NCBI GenBank assembly: GCA_038207335.1
Contig: JBBQZX010000031.1
Span: 9,507 to 73,506, forward strand
DNA: 64,000 nt
Source of the DNA: Chthoniobacterales bacterium
Lineage (GTDB): Bacteria > Verrucomicrobiota > Verrucomicrobiia > Chthoniobacterales > Chthoniobacteraceae
Direction of reading: 5' to 3'
Position numbers and translations under genes: made by a program. Under the pieces are notes generated by a model. The model searched no databases. It was not told the DNA's origin and saw only the letters and a program-made list of their open reading frames with translations. Shown here piece after piece: positions 57,562-64,000 of the stretch. Numbering within the stretch: the first letter of the stretch is position 1; every line of letters begins with the position of its first letter.

Positions 57562-58302
57562 ATGAAACTCAGCACAACCGCAACCATCGCGGCCCACGGC
57601 GTGGAGATGCGCCTGCTCGAGCAGCTCTTCGACCACACGCCGGACACCGCCTTCTTCATTAAAGACGCCCACGGACGATACCTCGCCGTGAACCACTCCC
57701 TCCTCGAGCGCCACGGCCTCCGCGACAAATCCCAAATGCTCGGACGCCGCCCCAGCGACGTGTGCCCCGGCGACTTCGGGCGCCTCCCCGCCGAGCAGGA
57801 TGCCTACGTCCTCCGCACCGGCAAGCCCATCATCGAGCGCCTCGAACTCCAGTGGCACCTCCCGCACAAACCCGTCTGGTGCCTCACCACAAAGCTCCCC
57901 ATGCGCGACTCCGCGGGTGCCATCACCGGCCTCATCGGCATCTCCAAAGACGTCCGCGCGCCCGTCGCCCCCCAGGAAATCCCCCCCGGCGTCGCCTCCG
58001 CCCTCACCCGCCTGGAGACAGGCTACGCCGACCCCCTCACCCCGGCGGCCCTCGCCCGCATCTCGGCGCTGCCCCCCGCGCGATTCGCCCGCATCATCAA
58101 GCGCATCTTCGGCGTCACCCCCATCCAGCTCATTGCAAAAACGCGCATCGCCGCCGCCTCGCTCCTCCTCCGAGACACCGACCGCTCCATCGCCGAAATC
58201 GCCCACGAATGCGGCTTCTACGACCACAGCGCCTTCACCCGTGCCTTCCGCGCCGTCTCCAGCGTCACCCCGACCCGATTCCGCGCCGGGAAGATCGAAT
58301 AG
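57562..58302 (+). CDS. AraC-family regulator with N-terminal PAS domain
   Basis: [19 protein letters not shown]...[35 protein letters not shown]. Confidence 0.9.
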   Translation: MKLSTTATIAAHGVEMRLLEQLFDHTPDTAFFIKDAHGRYLAVNHSLLERHGLRDKSQMLGRRPSDVCPGDFGRLPAEQDAYVLRTGKPIIERLELQWHLPHKPVWCLTTKLPMRDSAGAITGLIGISKDVRAPVAPQEIPPGVASALTRLETGYADPLTPAALARISALPPARFARIIKRIFGVTPIQLIAKTRIAAASLLLRDTDRSIAEIAHECGFYDHSAFTRAFRAVSSVTPTRFRAGKIE

Positions 58303-58337
58303 CGTGGATTCCCGGCGCTGGCAGCCTCGGCCGATCC

Positions 58338-58590
58338 ATCCCCTGGCGGCGTTCCTAAAATCGCGCCCCGATTGCATCCATTCGCCGGCCCCTCCCGACG
58401 ATTCGCCGGCAGATCTTCTCGATCGGCCCGCCGACGCGAGAAATCCGCGCCCCGATTATCCAAATCCGCCCGCCGCTCCTCGCGATCGGCACGCCGATCC
58501 TCGCAATCGGCACACCGATCGTTCAAATCGGCACGCCGATTTTAATAATCGGTGTGCCGATTCCAAGAATCTCCGTGCCATTTTCCACAA
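58338..58590. repeat. Degenerate 21-bp tandem array (~12 units) of a palindromic core
   Basis: Units start every 21 nt (58359, 58380, 58401, 58422, 58443, 58464, 58485, 58506, 58527, 58548, 58569); best copies ATCGGCACGCCGAT. Confidence 0.8.
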
Positions 58591-58665
58591 ATTCCAGACT
58601 ATCCAACAGAGAAAACATCCCCCTTTCTGTTCCACGCACCTCGCGTGAGGCCCACTGAACGCACT

Positions 58666-59166
58666 ATGGCAGAAATCGTGACAACTTACCTCCAGATGAG
58701 CGCCCTGGAGGAACTCATGCCGGGGCGTTTATCCGACCCCGAATTCATCGTGAGTGAGGCGCTCGAGCGCCAATGGCCACTCAATCGCTCCCTCTATCGG
58801 CTGGTAGGCGGGCAATGGGAATGGAATGACAAGCAACACTGGAGCGACCGGCAGTGGGAGAGCTACGTTTCTTCCGACCGGCTTCGCACCTTTCTCGCGT
58901 CGTGGCGCGGTGCAAGCGCAGGCTACTACGAGCTACGTCGGGACGACGCCAAAGCGGTCGAGATCGTCTATTTCGGACTGACACCGGATTTCATTGGGCG
59001 TGGTTTCGGGGGCGCGCTCTTGACGGACGCGCTGAAGCGGGCATGGGCCTGGGATGCGGAGCGGGTGTGGGTGCATACCTGCACGCGCGACCATCCCTCC
59101 GCGCTCACGAATTACCGAGCACGAGGGATGCAAATCTATGACCGGAAGACCCACCACGGCGCATAG
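58666..59166 (+). CDS. GNAT family N-acetyltransferase
   Basis: TYLQM, LYR.VG..W.W.D, GYYEL, EIVYFGLTPDFIGRGFGGALL, RVWVHTCTRDHPSAL.NY.ARG. Confidence 0.88.
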   Translation: MAEIVTTYLQMSALEELMPGRLSDPEFIVSEALERQWPLNRSLYRLVGGQWEWNDKQHWSDRQWESYVSSDRLRTFLASWRGASAGYYELRRDDAKAVEIVYFGLTPDFIGRGFGGALLTDALKRAWAWDAERVWVHTCTRDHPSALTNYRARGMQIYDRKTHHGA

Positions 59167-59248
59167 AGCCCTGCCCTCGATGCGTGCGAGGCCGACGCAT
59201 TTTGCAGGCTGGAAGCTTCGGGTGCCAGGTGGTTAAACTTCGCGCCCC

Positions 59249-60601
59249 ATGAACCGCCGCCACTTCCTCCAGACTTCCGCTGCCGCTCTCGCGGCTTCCG
59301 CCCTGCGCTCGTATGCCGTCGATTTTGCCGATCAGAAGAAGCGCGTTGGCCTCATCGGGTGCGGGTGGTATGGGAAGACCGATCTTTTTCGCCTGATCCA
59401 GGTGGCGCCGGTGGAGGTGGTGTCGCTGTGCGATGTCGATGCGCTCATGCTGGCGGATGCGGCGGAGACGACGGCGCAGCGTCAGCTTTCCAAGAAGAAG
59501 CCGCGGCTCTATGCGGACTGGCGCGAGATGCTGAAGGAGAAGGATCTCGATGTGGTGCTGATCGGGACGCCGGATCATTGGCACGCGCTGACGATGATCG
59601 AGGCGGTGAAGAGCGGTGCGGATGTGTATGTGCAGAAGCCGACGGGCGTGGATATCCGCGAGAGCCAGGCGATGCTCGCGGCGGCGCGGAAATATGGGCG
59701 CGTGGTGCAGGTGGGGACGCAGCGCCGGAGCACGCCGCATCTGATCGAGGCGCGGGAGAAGGTGGTGAAGGAGGGGAAGCTGGGGAAGGTCGGGCTGGTG
59801 GAAATCTGCTGCTACTACCACATGCGGGCGACGGATAATCCGCCGGATATCGAGCCGCCGGCGACGTTTGACTATGAGATGTGGGCGGGGCCGGCGCCGA
59901 AGATGCCTTACAATGCGCTGATCCATCCGCGGAAGTGGCGCGCTTTTATGGAGTACGGGAATGGGATCGTCGGCGACATGTGCGTGCACATGCTGGATAT
60001 GACGCGCTGGATGCTGGAACTCGGCTGGCCGACGCGTGTGAGTTCGAGCGGCGGGATTTTCGTGGATAAGGAGAGCCGGGCGAACATCACGGACACGCAG
60101 ACGGCGACGTTTGAGTTCGACGATCTGCGGGTGGTGTGGACGCATCGCTCGTGGGGCGAGGCGGCGGACCCGAAGTACCCGTGGGCGGCGACTTTTTACG
60201 GTGATAAGGGGACGCTGAAGGCGAGCGTGATGGGCTACGATTTCACGCCACAGGGCAAAGGCAACGGCGAGGCGATCCATCGCGATGTGACCTATGAGTT
60301 GGAGGAGTTTCCCGAGGACAAGACGGAGAAGGACCTCGAGAAACAGTGCGCGCCGGCGGTGCGCGGACACATGCGGGATTTCCTGGCGGCGATCGCGGCG
60401 CGGTCGAAGCCGGTGGCGGATATCGAGCAGGGGCACATCTCCACGGCGTCGTGCATCCTGGCGAATCTCGCGATGAAAACCGGGCGCACGCTGGCGTGGG
60501 ATGCGGCCGCGGGGAAAATCGCGGGCGACGACGAGGCGAACAAACTCCTCGCGCGCCCGTACCGCGCACCGTGGGTGCATCCCGATCCGGGGACGGTGTA
60601 A
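59249..60601 (+). CDS. Tat-exported Gfo/Idh/MocA family oxidoreductase
   Basis: MNRRHFL signal, VGLIGCGWYG, GTPDHWH, DVYVQKP, VQVGTQRRS, GDMCVHMLD. Confidence 0.92.
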   Translation: MNRRHFLQTSAAALAASALRSYAVDFADQKKRVGLIGCGWYGKTDLFRLIQVAPVEVVSLCDVDALMLADAAETTAQRQLSKKKPRLYADWREMLKEKDLDVVLIGTPDHWHALTMIEAVKSGADVYVQKPTGVDIRESQAMLAAARKYGRVVQVGTQRRSTPHLIEAREKVVKEGKLGKVGLVEICCYYHMRATDNPPDIEPPATFDYEMWAGPAPKMPYNALIHPRKWRAFMEYGNGIVGDMCVHMLDMTRWMLELGWPTRVSSSGGIFVDKESRANITDTQTATFEFDDLRVVWTHRSWGEAADPKYPWAATFYGDKGTLKASVMGYDFTPQGKGNGEAIHRDVTYELEEFPEDKTEKDLEKQCAPAVRGHMRDFLAAIAARSKPVADIEQGHISTASCILANLAMKTGRTLAWDAAAGKIAGDDEANKLLARPYRAPWVHPDPGTV

Positions 60602-60609
60602 GCGGCGGC

Positions 60610-63381
60610 TCAGCCGAGGGTGAAGGCGTCGGCGACGATGAGACCTTGCTCGCGCTTGTGAACTCCGAGTGAGCCGACGGCAGGGCTGGCACTGGCGTTG
60701 CGACCGGAGAACCAGATGGACTTGCCAGCGGCGCGCTTGAGCTGCCAGCCGATGTGGTTCCATGCGCCCATGTTCTGGCTTTCCTCCTGGCACCAGACGT
60801 AGGTCTTGGCATTGGGATAGGTCTTCACGGCTGCGACGAGTTGCTTTTCATCCAAGGGATAGAGCTGCTCGATGCGGATGAATGCAGTGCCGGCGATCTT
60901 CTCCGCGTCGCGATGCTTGAGGAGGTCGTAATAGACCTTGCCGGTGCAGAAGACGATGCGGTCGATTTTCGCAGCATCGGCGAGGAGCGGGCCGTGCAGA
61001 ATTTCGTGAAAGCGGTCGTCGGTGAAGTCCTCCAGACGCGATGCGGCGGCTTCGAGGCGCAACATGCTCTTCGGCGTCATGAGGATGAGCGGCTTGCGGA
61101 AATGGCGCTTCAACTGGCGGCGCAGCGCGTGGAAATACTGCGCGGGTGTGGTGAGGTTGCAGACTTGCATATTCTCCTCCGCGCAAAGCTGGAGAAAGCG
61201 CTCAAGCCGCGCGCTGCTGTGCTCAGGCCCCTGGCCTTCATAGCCGTGCGGGAGGAGGAGGACGATGCTGCTGGGTCGCTGCCACTTGGATTCGGCGGAG
61301 GAGATGAACTGGTCGATAATGACCTGCGCGCCATTCGCGAAGTCGCCGAACTGCGCCTCCCACATGCAGAGCATGTCGGGGTAATTCAGCGAGTAGCCGT
61401 AGTCGAAGCCGAGCACGGCCTGCTCGCTGAGGAGGGAATTGTAGATGCACAGCCGGCCTTGGTCGGGCGCGAGATGCTGGAGCGGGCAGTAACGGTCGCG
61501 GGTTTTCTCGTCGTAAAGATACGCATGCCGCTGGCTGAATGTGCCGCGGCGGCAGTCCTGTCCGCTGAGGCGCACGGCGGTGCCTTCGAGCAGCAGCGAG
61601 CCCATCGCGAGGGCCTCACCGTAGGCCCAGTCGAAGCCCTCGCCGCGCTTGAATACGTCGGCTCGTTTATCGAGGAGAAATTTCTGGAGCTTCGGGAGGA
61701 CGTTGAAGTCATCCGGCGTCGTCGTCAGCCCGCGAACGATCTCAGCAACACGCTCGCGGGTGATCGCGGTCTCGACCGGGTCGTGTGAAAAAGGCGGCTG
61801 GAAGACAGCGGTGGATTCCGCGAGGGAACTGATGTTTTTCGCAGTCTCCGCGGCTTTCACCTCGGCAAAGATGGCCTCGTATCGCGCGTCGAATTCTTTT
61901 TTGAACTGCTCCTCTTCTTCCACGGAGAGCACGCCGCATTCGGTGAGTTTCTTTTTGAAAATCACGCCGACGGAAGGATGCGCGCTGATGTCGGCGTAAA
62001 GATCAGGCTGCGTGAAGAGCGGCTCGTCGGTTTCGTTGTGCCCGTATCGCCGGTAGCAATACATGTCGATGAAGACGTCGGACTTGAAAGTCTGACGGAA
62101 CTCGAACGCGAGTTCCGCGCAAAAGCGGACGGCGATGGGGTCGTCGCCGTTCACATGGAGGACCGGAGCTTCGATCATTTTCGCCACGTCCGTGCAGTAT
62201 CTCGACGACCGCGCATCGGCAGGGAGCGTGGTGAAGCCGATCTGATTATTCACGACGAAGTGAATCGTGCCGCCCGTCCGGTATCCTTGGAGCTGCGACA
62301 TATTCAACACCTCCGCGACGATCCCCTGGCCAGCCAGCGCCGCATCGCCGTGGATGAGAATTGGAACGACTTTTCCGCGCTCGACGGTGTCCTGCCGGAT
62401 GCGCTGCCGGGCACGCGCCATGCCTTGTACGACGCCATCCACGGCTTCGAGGTGGCTCGGATTTGCAGAGAGGCGCAGGCAGATTTCCGAGCCGTCGTCG
62501 AGGGTGCGCTGCGTGGTGTAGCCGAGGTGATATTTCACGTCACCGTCGCCGCTGACCGTGTTCGGGACGAAGTTCTCCGAGAACTCGGCGAACATGACGC
62601 GCAGCGGTTTCTGGAGGAATTCGCGGATTACGCTGAGCCGCCCGCGATGCGCCATCCCCATGACGAGTTCCTCGACTTTGAAGCGCGGACACTCCTCGAA
62701 GAGCGCGTGGAGAAAGACGATGAGCGACTCGCCACCCTCGATCGAGAAGCGCTTCTGCCCGACGTATCGCGTGTGGAGGAAATGCTCGAATGTCTCGACT
62801 GACTGAATCTGGTGGAGCATTCGGCGGAGCGTCTCCGGCTGCAGTGAATACGCGGCGGGGCGAGCCTCGAGTTTCTCGCGCACCCAGTTCCGCACGCGCG
62901 GATTCTGGATGTGCATGAACTCCGCGCCGATCGACCCACAAAAGATGCGCTCCAGCTCCGCGATCATCGCGCGCAGCTTCATCCGCTGGCCGCCGAGGAA
63001 AAACTTCGACCCGACCGTGAGTTCGAGGTCCTTCTCGCCGAAGCCCAGCTCCCGCAGGCTCAGCAGCGGATTCTGCGGCCGCTCATCCGCCAGCGGATCG
63101 AGCATCGCGATCGTGTGCCCGAGCGTGCGATACGCATACACCAGCCCATCCACCCGCGTCTGGAGCGGCGAGTCGGAGGAGCCGGAAGTCTCCGTCGGCG
63201 ACGGAGTCGCGGTATCGCCGCCCGCCGCCTTCGCTCCATTTTTCAGCGTCACCGAGCCCAGCTCGAACCCTTCAAAAAACGCCGCCCAAGTCGCATCGAC
63301 GGAAGAAGGATCCTTGCGCCATTGTTCGTAATTCTGGTCGAGCAGATCGGCGTTAAAACGAGTCGCAAACGAGATGGCCAT
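60610..63381 (-). CDS. sucA: 2-oxoglutarate dehydrogenase E1 component
   Basis: AYRTLGH, GQKRFSIEGGE, GMAHRGRL, GDVKYHLG, NPSHLE, HGDAA, RGTFSQRH, WEAQFGDFANGAQ, HGYEGQGPEHSSAR. Confidence 0.97.
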   Translation of the reverse strand: MAISFATRFNADLLDQNYEQWRKDPSSVDATWAAFFEGFELGSVTLKNGAKAAGGDTATPSPTETSGSSDSPLQTRVDGLVYAYRTLGHTIAMLDPLADERPQNPLLSLRELGFGEKDLELTVGSKFFLGGQRMKLRAMIAELERIFCGSIGAEFMHIQNPRVRNWVREKLEARPAAYSLQPETLRRMLHQIQSVETFEHFLHTRYVGQKRFSIEGGESLIVFLHALFEECPRFKVEELVMGMAHRGRLSVIREFLQKPLRVMFAEFSENFVPNTVSGDGDVKYHLGYTTQRTLDDGSEICLRLSANPSHLEAVDGVVQGMARARQRIRQDTVERGKVVPILIHGDAALAGQGIVAEVLNMSQLQGYRTGGTIHFVVNNQIGFTTLPADARSSRYCTDVAKMIEAPVLHVNGDDPIAVRFCAELAFEFRQTFKSDVFIDMYCYRRYGHNETDEPLFTQPDLYADISAHPSVGVIFKKKLTECGVLSVEEEEQFKKEFDARYEAIFAEVKAAETAKNISSLAESTAVFQPPFSHDPVETAITRERVAEIVRGLTTTPDDFNVLPKLQKFLLDKRADVFKRGEGFDWAYGEALAMGSLLLEGTAVRLSGQDCRRGTFSQRHAYLYDEKTRDRYCPLQHLAPDQGRLCIYNSLLSEQAVLGFDYGYSLNYPDMLCMWEAQFGDFANGAQVIIDQFISSAESKWQRPSSIVLLLPHGYEGQGPEHSSARLERFLQLCAEENMQVCNLTTPAQYFHALRRQLKRHFRKPLILMTPKSMLRLEAAASRLEDFTDDRFHEILHGPLLADAAKIDRIVFCTGKVYYDLLKHRDAEKIAGTAFIRIEQLYPLDEKQLVAAVKTYPNAKTYVWCQEESQNMGAWNHIGWQLKRAAGKSIWFSGRNASASPAVGSLGVHKREQGLIVADAFTLG

Positions 63382-63489
63382 GGCAGTCAGTAAAAGGCCG
63401 GGAAAGTAAGCACGCCCCCCGAGCCGTCCAAATGAAATCGTCGGATGCGGTGGGGTGTGATTGAAAGTGACGCAAGATCGGACCGGGGA

Positions 63490-63630
63490 GCCCAAGGAGC
63501 GGCGTCTTTTCCAAGCGCTGACCGATCAAACCCGCGCCGCAGCAAACTTCCGGCTGGGGGAGAGGGAAGAATTAGGCGCTTCCCGCGCAGGTTTTTGGGT
63601 CGGTGGTTAGAAGCATACCGCTCCTTGGGC
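63490..63630. repeat. Inverted-repeat element (REP doublet/MITE-like)
   Basis: Perfect 13-bp GCCCAAGGAGCGG / CCGCTCCTTGGGC ends, extending imperfectly to ~33 bp. Confidence 0.65.
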
Positions 63631-63709
63631 ACGATCCGTTCTGGATGGAAACCTCTGCAAGTAAACACGGGCTTCCAGAATCGCCGAAAACCCGCTCTGA
63701 TCCACCCCC

Positions 63710-64000
63710 ATGCCGGACGAATTCCCATGCGATGTCTTCCTGAGCCACAGCGCGAAGGACAAGGCGGTGGTGCGCCCGCTGCCGGAGCGGTTGCGGGAGG
63801 ACGGGGTGAAGGTGTGGTTTGATGAATGGGTGCTCAAGCCCGGCGACAGCATCGAAAAGAACCAGTCGAAGACTGCGAAGATCGAGGAAGGGCTGGATTG
63901 CTCGCGCGTACTGGTGCTCTGCGTGTCGGCGCAGGCGTTCGGCTCGGACTGGGGCGCAATTGGAGTCCGGCACGTTCCGGTTTCGCGACCCGCTGAACAA
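63710..64000 (+). pseudogene. TIR-domain protein, 5' part, with an apparent +1 frameshift; runs off the window
   Basis: MPDEFPCDVFLSHSAKDKAVV...GVKVWFDEW...PGDSI...KIEEGL..SRVLVLCVS..AFGSDW; the continuation AQLESGTFRFRDPLN lies in the next frame after GGGG at 63951-63954. Confidence 0.75.

Noticed and set aside
58218..58648. CRISPR array or heptad-repeat protein at the 21-bp repeats
   Set aside because: Spacers are ~5 nt and no cas genes are present; the overlapping ORFs lack credible starts and overlap araC, so it is reported only as a DNA repeat

Overview
High-GC bacterial DNA whose gene content (PEP-CTERM proteins with autotransporter-associated beta-strand repeats, many sulfatases, GQSNM esterases, cytochrome c/beta-propeller proteins, folP-cdaA-glmM) is consistent with a Verrucomicrobiota (Chthoniobacter-like) genome; this assignment is inferred. 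1-15.2 kb is mostly housekeeping: partial NtrC-type regulator, tadA, rplS-rnhB-yraN, ppk1, a lipoprotein, dGTPase, a PEP-CTERM protein, folP-cdaA-mini-cdaR-glmM-bioD, an SRPBCC-like gene and tRNA-Pro(TGG). 15.3-57.5 kb is a mosaic accessory region, almost all on the minus strand, of exported glycan-processing enzymes: GH140-like, GH16, GH50-like, DUF4832-like, 4 sulfatases, 3 SASA esterases, SGNH and alpha/beta hydrolases, a DUF6288-like protein and peptidases. No transporter was seen. It contains two paralogous cytochrome c + shared domain + beta-propeller modules, one fused and one split, which are the best candidate for an undescribed system. A PEP-CTERM + regulator segment is bracketed by a duplicated, decayed esterase 3' end. 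The right end holds a hydroxyproline-dehydratase-like gene with a PAS-AraC regulator, a 21-bp-period palindromic array, a GNAT, a Tat oxidoreductase, sucA and a frameshifted TIR gene at the edge. All family calls come from motif recognition by eye; no searches were run.
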